NCBI RefSeq assembly: GCF_001194135.2
Contig: NC_068982.1
Coordinates: forward strand, 163,357,755-163,421,754
Reading direction: 5' to 3'
Origin: Octopus bimaculoides
Lineage: Eukaryota
Length of the DNA: 64,000 nucleotides
Each line of letters opens with the position of its first letter. The stretch's first letter is position 1. Both the position numbers and the translations under genes were made by a program. Below the pieces are notes generated by a model. That model saw nothing but the letters and a program-made list of their open reading frames with translations. It did not search any database and had not been told where the DNA came from. Below are positions 39,397 through 51,262 of this stretch, piece by piece.

Positions 39397-40079
39397 ATGT
39401 TTTCTACAAGGAAGTACAAAATGAAGAAAATAATATATAAAAAAATAAATATACCAATATATTATATTGTCTTTGAGCTTTTGAAGTTCAATGTTAATTC
39501 ATGTATATAATGGTTGGAAAAATAAGGATGCATGAGAATTGAGAATAGTGTTAGGTTTAAAAGAAGGGTTAAAACTTTGTGTTAAGCAGGAAGTGTGGTG
39601 TCAAAACAGGAAGTGTGTGTAAGGGGAGACAAATGTTTTTAGTTGGAGTTATGAACTCTTTTTCAACAGGAAGTTTATGTCTGTTCCTAGAGAAATAAGG
39701 TCACTGAGGGGTATGTGTGTTAAAAAATGGTTGGAATTTCTTAACACACATACCCCTCAGACATAAACTTCCTGTTGAAAAAGAGTTCATAACTCCAATT
39801 AAAAACATTTGTCTCCCTTTACACACACTTCCTGTTTTGACACCACACTTCCTGCTTAACACAAACTTTTAACCCTTTTTTTAAACCTAACACAACTCTC
39901 AATGCTCATGCATCCTTATTTTCCAACCATTATATACATGAATTATCATTGAACTTCAAAAGCTCAAAGACAATATAATCTATTGGTATATTTATTTTTT
40001 TATATATTATTTTTTTTAATATATTATTATTTTTTATAAATATTATTTTCTTCATTTTGTACTTCCTTGTGAAAAACAT
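39397..40079. repeat. ~680-bp near-perfect palindrome (fold-back element); left end lost in gap
   Basis: The arms match with scattered substitutions and a 23-bp insertion in the left arm (~39683-39705). Centre ~39730. Repeated caggaagt motifs. Confidence 0.92.
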
Positions 40080-40314
40080 TTTCATTCTCCCTCTTCTTGA
40101 AAATTTGCTTCGCAATGAAAGCCGGTTAGAAATCTTTATTAAAATATGCTTCCAGTTTAGCATTCTGCCTTATTATTATTTTTCCTTTTCCTATTATTTC
40201 TCCACGTGCGGTTAACACAACCCCACTATTTACTGATTTGTATATATATATATATATATCTATGAATAAATATATATATATATAAATGGAGTTAAATGCA
40301 GGTATTATTCAAAT

Positions 40315-40410
40315 TCTTTTACTCCGGACACATGTTTCGAAGATATCACTGGTATTATTCCAAAGGAACAAAATGGTGTAAAACAATGTAATCTTCTCTT
40401 CAGGGAAATG
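40315..40410 (-). ncRNA. Type-I hammerhead ribozyme fold with intact catalytic core
   Basis: CTGAAGA (40403-40397), stem II gaagat/atcttc (6 bp, extended and branched), GAAA (40338-40335), stem III AC-ATGT-GT, cleavage triplet GTC (40329-40327). Confidence 0.7.
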
Positions 40411-41049
40411 AAGAAATGAAACTCGTCAATAAGACATTTTAAAAGAAAATGATGGATATGTATAGTGATTAACTGAATGTTATTAAGTTTGTTTTAAAAA
40501 AAACGTTAGAGGATATAATGTCAAAGGTAGCCTATAGAAAGCGGAGGGGTAAAAGAAGGAAAAAAACCAAATAAATGAGAAGTATATAACGATATGTATA
40601 TTCTTGGAAAAAGATATATCTAGTGAATGTGAAATGTAAGAAAAAAATTAATGCTTAAATTATATATAATGATAGATATCACTTATATGAACTAAAGGTG
40701 TGTTTCTGCCAATATTTACATCTGTATGCACACTCTATAACCGTGTTTACAAGGGAATTTTAGAAAAAAGAATAAAAAATAGTTCAGAATTAGAGAAGAC
40801 AGAATTCCTTGCCTTTATCATAAGGTACCGAAACTGAGAGAATCAACCAATCTAAATTAAATTGTTTGTTATTGTCTTTTAGATACCAAATTAATTTACT
40901 AAGCCCTGTACTGTTACGTTTATTCTTTTAGATAACTGAGAAGATGAGCTGCCTATATAAAAAAAATGCTTTATTACCAGAATTAATTTTACACTGGTAT
41001 ATAGAATGCTGACTCATTCTAACAACATGACTAATTGAACATATTAATA
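40315..41049 (-). mobile_element. Penelope-like element 3' part: GIY-YIG endonuclease relic, UTR and hammerhead
   Basis: Minus strand IYQCKINSGNKAFF/YIGSSSSQLSKRI...STGLSKLIWYLKDNNKQF/NLDWLILSVSVPYDKGKEFCLL, with frameshifts, at ~41002-40800. Truncated upstream by the gap. Confidence 0.8.
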
Positions 41050-43208
41050 NNNNNNNNNNNNNNNNNNNNNNNNNNNNNNNNNNNNNNNNNNNNNNNNNNN
41101 NNNNNNNNNNNNNNNNNNNNNNNNNNNNNNNNNNNNNNNNNNNNNNNNNNNNNNNNNNNNNNNNNNNNNNNNNNNNNNNNNNNNNNNNNNNNNNNNNNNN
41201 NNNNNNNNNNNNNNNNNNNNNNNNNNNNNNNNNNNNNNNNNNNNNNNNNNNNNNNNNNNNNNNNNNNNNNNNNNNNNNNNNNNNNNNNNNNNNNNNNNNN
41301 NNNNNNNNNNNNNNNNNNNNNNNNNNNNNNNNNNNNNNNNNNNNNNNNNNNNNNNNNNNNNNNNNNNNNNNNNNNNNNNNNNNNNNNNNNNNNNNNNNNN
41401 NNNNNNNNNNNNNNNNNNNNNNNNNNNNNNNNNNNNNNNNNNNNNNNNNNNNNNNNNNNNNNNNNNNNNNNNNNNNNNNNNNNNNNNNNNNNNNNNNNNN
41501 NNNNNNNNNNNNNNNNNNNNNNNNNNNNNNNNNNNNNNNNNNNNNNNNNNNNNNNNNNNNNNNNNNNNNNNNNNNNNNNNNNNNNNNNNNCCCACCTACT
41601 CATGACAAAGGCCAATAAAGATGCCACTAAGTGGTTGTTCAACCTACAAGAAGTAGCAGCTGCATGTCCCTGATATCAGATTCTATTGATTTATAAAAAA
41701 AAGACCCATTAGATAATGATATAGTTCAGTAAGGATATGTATAAGATGAGTTGGTCATTGTGGGAACAACTTTTATCATTGATTTTCTTGTTCAAAACTG
41801 AACTTTGGCTGAAAGACAAACAACATAATACATAACAGGCACATACATACACACATACTAAGAAAATCAAGCCACATGATTTGAGTCTTGAATACATGCT
41901 GACTGACCCAGTTTAACATGCTATAAAGCTGACATGTGGACCCTCTCAGTCTAATTAAATAATCAATAACTTTAATATAGATGGCATTGCAGAATGTATA
42001 TAGGTATATAGTATAAAGCAGAAAAGAGAGGGGAGAAGGAGAGAGAGAGAGAGAGAGATAGAGAGATAGAGAAATGAGAGAGAAGGCAAGAAAAAAAGAG
42101 TCTTAGAGGGCAACAAGCACAAAAACCACATAATGATATATACAAACACAATGTAATACGTGTGTGTGTGTGCGTGTGTGTGTGAAAGGTATTGCATATA
42201 CAAATCATGTATATGAGAGTTAGAGTAAGCGAGAGAGAGATCCAGAAAGCAGTATAACCTCTCACTCTCATACACTAAGGCTTGTGCAAACCCACATACA
42301 TATAAAAAAAAGCTACACAAGGCATCCATATAAACACACGCACACACACACACACTGTTTAAATTAAAACATTCCTGTGAATAAAGAATCTTTGATTTTC
42401 AGAATTTCTAGCAGAACATATTGGTTTCTTACTGAAGCATGACACCAATTTTTGTAAGGTCTATAAATATAAACAGGTACAGCTATCTATGGGAGTTTAG
42501 TTAATGAATTTGCTTTGCAACCATGTGGAGACAGAGCCAATGTACATAGTAGCACCTTAGGCAAGTGTCTTCTACCATAGCTTTGATGCAACCAATTCTT
42601 TGTAACTGGAATTTGGCAGATGGAAGCTATACAAAAGACACTTGTAGGTATATAGATGTGTGTGTGTGTTCTCTATCTCTGTCTCTCTATCTATAAAGTT
42701 GAATTAGGTACTAAAATTGAGGCACCTCATTAGGTCAGAATAATATACACACAACAATATTATGTAAATATCAAACCTGGTACATAAGTACCAGCTGAAT
42801 GATATTCGTGCAGTGTATGTGGACAATTAAACCTAGTTGAGTAAAGAAATCCACTCTAGAGTTATTCAAACATGTACATTATATTAAATATACAGTCCAT
42901 AATATTTACGAAGGGTAGGTATCGATCCATTACGACCATTTCTAATGACTCCTTTAATTGATTAATGAAAACATTACATCATTGTAAAGAAACTGTTTTT
43001 GTTAGATGAATTCATGAACTTCCAAATTAAGGACATTCAAAATGATTTAACATAGTTTAAAATACATGGAGCAAAACATTTTCAGTGATTCTGCTACTAT
43101 TTCAGTTGACAGAATAGATTTGCCATTTCGTCATAAAGTGTATTACTCTACCTCTGGTATTCGAGTACTATTTTTTCCACCTTGTTTTACATTTATGTGC
43201 TTACTCTG

Positions 43209-43258
<50 letters not shown>

Positions 43259-45104
43259 TGTGTACTCAGGAAGATATGTCCTCCACAGCAGAAGTGTTAA
43301 GGCCTTTCACTTTGAAGAAATTTGAACAATAGATATAAGATACAAGTTAAAAAAGATTCCCAATAATTCAACTTCCCTGTTTGACATTAAGACACTTCCT
43401 AATAGGGGCCTTAACTCCCACATTTTAGAGCTCCATGTGCTCCATTTTTCAGGAACAAAAACCTTTGAATAGGTTTTATAAGACTTGGATTTTGGAATTT
43501 GAGAATAAAGATGAGTAGTGTGGGATAAATATGTCATGATTAGAATTTTTGTTAGAGTGTGTAAAGAGGGAAAGAAGCCTCATTAAAATTCTTAATCCCC
43601 ACTTTTGATGAAATTCAAAACATAAGTATTCCATTCATGAGAAAAAATTTAAAAGAAAAGTCTAATTCTTCAATTCCATGTGACACAGGCAACACCAGAT
43701 ATCTCTGCTAGTATTATATATATATATATATATATATCTGTATGTCTACTATTTTGTTTTATCAGACACTTTTCGTCAAACCATTAAACTAAATTTCTGG
43801 ACATAGGGAGACATAAACAACACTGGCTTTTTTACTTTGTTGTAAACATGTTCACGCACTCTCACATATATTTTTACATGTGCAATGCATATATGTGTGT
43901 GTGTTTGTAAACACATGCACACACACACACACACATACATATACACATATACGTATGTACATATATTACAACTATTGGGTTCACTGCCACTGTGGATCAT
44001 CAGCTAATGATATTTATTTACTTTGAATGAAGAAGGAATAATATCAGTAAGGGATGATTTGCAGAGATGACAAAACCAAAAGCTACAAAGAAATCAATGG
44101 TTAATACTGCATCATCATCATCATCATCCTTTTTATGTCCATTTTCCCTGCTGGCATGGGTAAGAAGATTTGACCAGAGCTGGCAAGCAGGAGTGTTGCA
44201 CCAGGTTCCAGTCTGATTGGCTTTGGTTTCTACACCTGGATGCTTTTACCATGGCACTTGTATGAGTGCTTTTATGTGGTGCCTGTGCAAATGCTTTTCA
44301 TGTGGCACCAGCATGAGTGCTTTTTACGTGGCACCAGCACAGGGCACTTGCAGGCCAATCCTGTGAAGAATATACTTTGAAGTGTATATTGTGCTAGGGG
44401 CATAGCTTTTGTGTGCATAATATCGGTTTTAAATTGCTGGCACAAAGCCAGCAATTTCAGGGGAGTGGGCAAGTTGATTACATTAACCCCCACCAGTATT
44501 CTGCTGGTAGTAACTTAATTAACCCCAAAAGGACGAGAGGTAAAGTCGACCTTGGTGAAATTTGAACACAGAATGTAAAAACAGATGAAATGCTGCTAAG
44601 CATTTTGCCTGGTGTGTTAACAGTTCTGCCAGCTCACCATCTTTTTTTTTTTTTATGTGCACAATATTAGCTGTTGTGCACATAATGTTGTTCACATTAT
44701 GAATACAAAGTTGTAGGCTTGTGCTTAAGCAGTTTGCTTTGCTGCAGCTATGTGGTTTCAGGTTCAATTCTATTCTATAGCGCAATATCTCGATCAAGTA
44801 TCTTCATATCTTCAACCAAAGCCTAGCTTAATGTAAAACTATGTCAGAAAACATTTGACAATGGTAGATGGAAACTGTGTAGAAGCCTATTGGAGGAAAT
44901 ATTTCTGCTTTTGGATGGTAGGCTTAATCTGTAATGAAATTTAACATCACCTGGCTCTTGGATGTCTATAACAGAGTCCCTTTGCAAGTCTTCTGGTCAG
45001 GTTTCCTGTTTGAGGATAACTTTTACCCTTCTTCCAACCAGTCATGAAAGCCCTGAAAAGGACCATGAGTATGCTGCTTTCTTCATCTGACTAAGCCATT
45101 AGTA

Positions 45105-45540
45105 ACTTTCTAATTTAGGCAAAGAGCCACAAATTTTAGGGGAGGGATTACACAATTATATATCAACTCTAGTATTTGACTGGTACTTTGTTTTATCAAT
45201 ACCAGAAGGATGAAACGTGAAGATGACCATGACAAAATTTAACCCTTCAGCATTGAGATTACTCAGTCCAACGTAATGCTTATGTATTCACATTGTTTTG
45301 AATGCATTATTTCATAGCTTTGAGATTTCGATGATGTGATTGTTTATTTTTAGAGTGACACTTTAGGGTAGGTGTGAGAGGGTGGATCTAACCTGTATGG
45401 ATATAAAACAGGTAGAATATTTGGGCTGGATATGGCCGGTTTAAATGCTAGAGCGAAAAACTCAAGATGTAAAGAGCTGAAACAAATACTGTAAGGCATT
45501 TTGCTTGATGCTCTGAAGATTCTGCTAATTTACCACTCTG
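45105..45540 (-). mobile_element. SINE family A interrupted by a TTAA MITE (45239-~45458)
   Basis: The SINE motif aaaatt|...|aactcaagatgtaaag is split by ttaacccttcagcatt...aatgctagagcg. Confidence 0.75.
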
Positions 45541-46299
45541 ACACCATTAATAATAAAGAAAGATAATAGTATTTTGTTTTGCAACCATAATATATTACCA
45601 AATATATTAAAGGTTTACAAGTTAATACTGAGCCTTACTTTTGTGTTAGCAGTGTGTGGTTCTCGTTTCTTTGTAGTGTAATATGTTCTCATTTTTAAGT
45701 TTATCTCTACAGATTTTCTATACAATTCAGAGCCATCTTGGAAAGTTATGACATTTCCTATATGGATACAAATATGAATCCAAATATATACTGTTATATA
45801 TCTAGATTATATGTCTCTATCATGTAACTTAGATTGTGAGTTTCTCTTACATTAAAAGTAAATTGTGCTATCATATAAATGTGGTATGTACAATGTAAGC
45901 ACATAATACTACATTATGCATATAAAGTTTGTGTAGATATTAGATATATAATACTGATGAGTATAGATGAGTGTGATGATGTAATACCATTTCCAGTAAA
46001 GTAAGGATGAACAACACCAGGTGTTTAGATTATAACTACATTAGTATTAATCATATAAACTGTGGACAGAGATGGGTTACTGCTATAGACTACAAAGTGT
46101 ATGTGTGTTATACAGTGCTGCATATAATCTGCAAGAGCACAACAATATCAGGTGTGTAGACTGTAGCTAAAATTATATGAAGCACATAAACTGTGGTTAT
46201 GCATTTAGTTACAAACCTTAAGAATAAATATATACAAAAATGTAGAAAATGTGGTTATACAATACCCAGTTTATAGGTTTTGGGTGTAGATTCTAACAG

Positions 46300-46358
46300 G
46301 TGTGACCAAATGATGAACTTACCTATAGAATAAAAAAGAAAAGAAAAAAATTAGAAAA
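46300..46358 (-). promoter_or_regulatory. Candidate recursive splice site (3' splice site abutting 5' splice site)
   Basis: Minus strand ttCTAATttttttcttttcttttttattctaTAG|GTAAGT, junction between 46323 and 46322. Confidence 0.45.
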
Positions 46359-47860
46359 GTCCAAGAAAAAATCCAATTAAATTATAGATATGAAATTCAA
46401 TTAAATCATAGATATAAAAATCATAAAATTGTTGCTAGGACAGGAAAGAAAGAACAGGTCAGTGGAAATATTTCATGAGGTTAAACACACACACACACAC
46501 ACCCACCCACTGGAAATGGATGCACTAGATGTGCAAAAAGCTACTGTAAGGTTGAATCTCTTGATCCTATCCCTGTTAAATTACCACTGCTCCATGATGA
46601 TGTAAAGGAACATGCAACCAGTACAGGACTATTAGGTAATATGAAGAGCACATGAAGTATGAGAGAGAAATATAAAGCATAAACAGGTAGGTACACATAT
46701 ACACACTTAAATCAGAAGATGTGTCAGAGATTGAGCAATATTACTTAGGTCAATATAGAATATAGTAGAAAAATGTGCATTAGAAGCGAAAGGGGGAGAT
46801 AAAGAGAAAAGCAGCACCTAAATAAACTACAGTAGGTACTTGTGTTTTATGGAGCATAGAATTGATTTCAAAGTGAAATCTAATCTGCTTACAAATTAAG
46901 CAAAACTTTAGAGTTTAGTTGTGACAAAATTTTCTCTCTCTCTCTCTTATTCTCTCAGTTTCTTTCTGTTTTTCTGTCACTTATTCATTCACTCATACCC
47001 AAATATACACTTCATTTAGTTTATTAAATCTTTCGCTTTGTAAACAAAATAAACAAAAGTGATCAAGTGGAAAATGGTAAACCATTCAAAGCCAGGCTCA
47101 GTGATTAGGTTGGAAAATCCCTTAAAGCAATTTCTTCATGGATACATATATGCTTCTTTCTTCTTCTCAGATTAAGTATTATATTTTACAAGTTCTTCCT
47201 TAAGATTAAAATTTAATCATTACTAATTCTTTCACTCAACATCTTGAAGTCTACATTGCCTTATGCTGTTTTGGCTGTCAATGTTTTTCTATAGTATTTA
47301 GATGTTTAATGGAGTGTGGCCTTTTAACATAATGCCCAATCCATTTCCTGGAAGCTCTGCACCATAACCCCTTCCCCAATGAAAAGCATACATTGCTTCT
47401 TACTTAAAAACCTATTCTTACTATGATACCTATTTACCAACAAAGAATCCTCTATATGACCAGCTAGAAATAGTGACCAAACAACCCTCAAATTGTATCT
47501 TACAGTCTTAAAGCAAAAATTTCAAGGACAATCAGATATACAAAAAGATAAGATGTTCATGATTGACTGCTTTAATTTATAGATAGAGTTGCCTGAACAG
47601 GACGGAATCTGTTTTGAAAAGTCTTGGATATGACAATGGTATATGGACCATTAAAACATCCTGATGGATTTCTCAGCACAACTAAGTAATATAAGCACAC
47701 AGATGTGTCTTGCTGTACCGAAAGAAATATGTGAGAAAAAAAATTGACCCTCCCCCACAAAAAGAAAAACAAAAAAAACCCAAAACAAAAAAAAGAAACC
47801 ACAGGCTTTAAGACATTCTTAATTGAATAAAGATGGTCAAAGTTGACTATGTATGTATGC

Positions 47861-47943
<83 letters not shown>

Positions 47944-48649
47944 AGATAAGTAGAGAAAAAGAATGCTGAAAAGGATTTAGTCTGGTGTTCTACTCCTATA
48001 AAAATTAACATTCCAGGCTCAATATCCTGATTACTTACTGAAGACAGCTACTGAAGAAATAGCCTATGTTAGTGTCAGATAGAATCCTACTTCTATTTTA
48101 TAACTTGCACTTATTTAATTGACCCTCCAGAGATGAAAGACAAAGTTGACGTGATTCTACCATTTCTTCAAACTCACTGACATACAAAATGACTATTAAC
48201 AATTACATCTGTCCAAGCACACAGTCAGTTTTTGGTAAGGAGGTCATGTAGTTGATTGAATCTTATTCTTGCTTTTTATTGATTTCTGAGAGAAGTACAA
48301 GTAACTGACTGGTGCATATTTTAATAAACCTCAGAAGGACGAAAGGTAAAGTCGAACTTGGTAGGATCTGAACTCAGATTCCAGTGTATTATTGCTATAT
48401 ATTTTTACAAAACACAGTTGTGATATAAGATAAAGTTGTAGAGGGTTGAAAGTTAATAGCATGAAGCATTTAACTTGGTGCCATAATAATTTTACCAACA
48501 TAGAATTCTCTTTAAACTTTTTGCAGGCAGATAATTTTGAAATTCTGTAGAATGGGTTGATAAGTTTTAGAAAATTTGCAAAAAACACTTTATTTTTAAA
48601 TCACATATAAAAACAGATAAAACATGAGAATTTGCTTAATAATTGTCAT

Positions 48650-49130
48650 TATACAATATCCCACCCGACAAACACTAATTTTATAAAACAATTATATTTT
48701 ATAAAACAATCATTACATAATCCTTTATCACAATCTACAGCACAAGTGGTTGTACATGTACCCTTGAATACTTGATCTCTTGATTGAATACATACAACAT
48801 ATTTGCTTTTTTTTTCTTGGTTTTCCTGGGCATCTGGCCACACTGGTTTGCCTGGGCATCTGGCCACACTGGTTTGCCTGGGCATCTACCCACATTTCTC
48901 CTGAGTTCTCTGTATCCCTCAATAAGGCCTTGGACAAGTTCAGTGATGAACTGCAGGTGAATTGATTTGTTTGTGTGTTGGGGTACTATAATTTGAGTTG
49001 TTTTCGTAACAAATGTAGGTATTTGTTATAGCACTGTCAATAAGGTGAGACACTATTTTTTGCCAACATTTTACTGGTCAGAAAAATTAAGCTCTGTACA
49101 CCATTTCATTATTGTACTTTATGATGAAAT
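48650..49130 (-). pseudogene. piggyBac transposase C-terminal relic
   Basis: WQKIVSHLIDSAITNTYICY...HLQFITELVQGLIEGY...GRCP, then the Cys-rich tail VVCIQ...TCAVDCDKGLCNDCFIKY. Frameshifted. Confidence 0.75.
48825..48890. repeat. 26-bp tandem repeat x2.5 inside the piggyBac relic
   Basis: cctgggcatctggccacactggtttg at 48825 and 48851, partial at 48877. Confidence 0.9.
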
Positions 49131-50840
49131 TAGGAACTTTGTTACATTGCATTTTATTTATAGGGTCTGCTGAACCAAAAGTTGATAAAAAACCTGACTT
49201 GTTTGTGGTTGACCCAGCTCAAAGCAAGCAACTGCCCTTTCTTCAGTGTTGTAACGTCTCCGTTTTTTTTTTTTGTCATTTTTCTTTTTTCACTTCTGAA
49301 GGCAGATGGTGGCAATCAGTATGGATGGTCCCTTTCACATGAATTTGCTCCATTTTGTTGACCGATGCCCTACCTATATACTGCTGGCAACCAAAACATT
49401 CTCCTTGAAAAAGAGTTAACTCCTATTTTCTCACATAGACAGAAAGACAATTGTATATTGGTACTTATTTATTGTTGTTTAGCTTTTGGTCAGTCTTAGT
49501 GTAACTGAAACTACATTCTCCAATGTGTTCTCTCTTGATTACAATGGTAAAGTGGAATTTGAGTAAGATGAAGCTACTCAGGTCAAGTGATCATGCAGAG
49601 ATTTCTCCATTGGTACAACTAGTATTTTATCAACTTTAACATAATGAAAGTGGAAGCCAACATTAGCAAGATTTGAACCCAGAATGCAGATAGGATGAAA
49701 CTAAATATTGCAAGGCATTTAGTCTGGTGCACTACCAATTTCGCTAGTGTGTCTTGTATTATTTTATAATAAAAACACAAAGTAGTGCAAAAAAAAAAAA
49801 AATTCTAAAAAAAAAAAAAGAAACCAAAATGGAGGAAATAGAAAAAAAATTTGAAGTTAAAAAAATAAAAGAGATATAATGTCACTTATAAAACTACTCT
49901 ATTTGTTTTTACTACGTTGGTTCTGCAATAAAATCAGGAAAATGGTTGCCTAATAGCAGAATCCTTTAACCATAGCATCTTCTCATTTGGATTACCAATA
50001 AATAACTAATGCATGATTATCCAAAAAGTTCTTACGGAAAATTGAATTAATTGAGAGAATGATGGAAAGGAGGAGGTGAAAAAAGAAATGAAATTTGCTG
50101 GTTGAAAACTCCTCCAAGCGTGACCATTGGTTCCTACAAGGGGGAAACGATGAGTAGTTATGACAAAAATAGCCATTTACAGTCATCAGACAGCAAAGAG
50201 GCTGTGACTAAAAGCAATAACTTTCACTTACATTTTCTGAATTTTAACAGAATAACAGTCTGTGAAATTATGGTTGATACCACATTACATTAACTCAGCT
50301 ATCACAACGACCACCACCATAAACACTACATCCTCCCAAACTATATACACCATTACCATCATCAAATCAAGTTTAACATCTTCCATTCGCTAAACTAGCA
50401 CTAGCCCTAGATACACAATTACCAGACGTTTCAGCCTTAGCCAAGTGCAGGTAGCTCCACCACTTCTATTCCACATGAAGCTATCACTTCAGTTTTACTA
50501 TTGTTTTTTTCCCCTCCTTTTCTTTGACAATCTGTTCAGCTTACTTCATAATGTAACCATCATTTATCCTCAGAACATATCCTTACCATACAAGACAATT
50601 TCTTCTGACAATAGGTTCCTTGATGTTTATGTTATGTTCTTGATAGGACTTTAGTTTTAGCACAAATTTTATTTTTATAATTTACTTTCAGAATAATTTC
50701 GAGGTATCTTCTATGGAAGGCCATTAGTATTTTAAATACCTATTTGTCACTGTTTGCTAATGGCTATGTTTTGCAACTACAGAAAGCAAGATGCTGGATA
50801 AAGACTGAATAAAATCTCAGCTATTATTTGTTATAAAGCA

Positions 50841-51058
50841 AGGCTGTGAGCTGGCAGAATCGTTAGCATGCCGGGCAAAATGCTTAGTGGCATTTCATTT
50901 ATCTTTATGTTCTGAGTTCAAATTCTACCGAGGTCAACTTTGCCTTTCATCTTTTCAGAGTTGACAAAATAAGTACCAGTCAAGCACTGGGGGTGTGTGA
51001 TCGACTACCCATCTCTCCCACAATTTCAGGCCTTGTGCCTTTAGTAGAAAAGATTATT
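50841..51058 (+). mobile_element. Complete SINE family A copy
   Basis: ggctgtgagctggcagaatcgttagc (A-box-like)...ctgagttcaaattc (B-box-like)...tttgcctttcatctt...aggccttgtgcctttagtagaaaagattatt. Confidence 0.85.
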
Positions 51059-51160
51059 TGTTATAATACAGTTTTGTTAAAGATCTTTTGTAACTTAACA
51101 AATACAGTGGTCACTATATCCATTCCTTGGTTAATTTCTCATGCAATGATATGACTGCAG

Positions 51161-51262
51161 TTCATTTTGCAACCTTTAAACATTTCTATAAAGTCAATAG
51201 CAAGTCCCATGGTTTTGTTATTGAGTTTAACTATTACATTACTGTTTCACAAACTGCCATTG
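51161..51262 (+). CDS. Candidate 102-nt exon, phase 1-1 (xHFATFKHFYKVNSKSHGFVIEFNYYITVSQTAIx)
   Basis: gactgcag| acceptor (weak pyrimidine tract), TTG|gtaagt donor, open frame. Confidence 0.25.
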
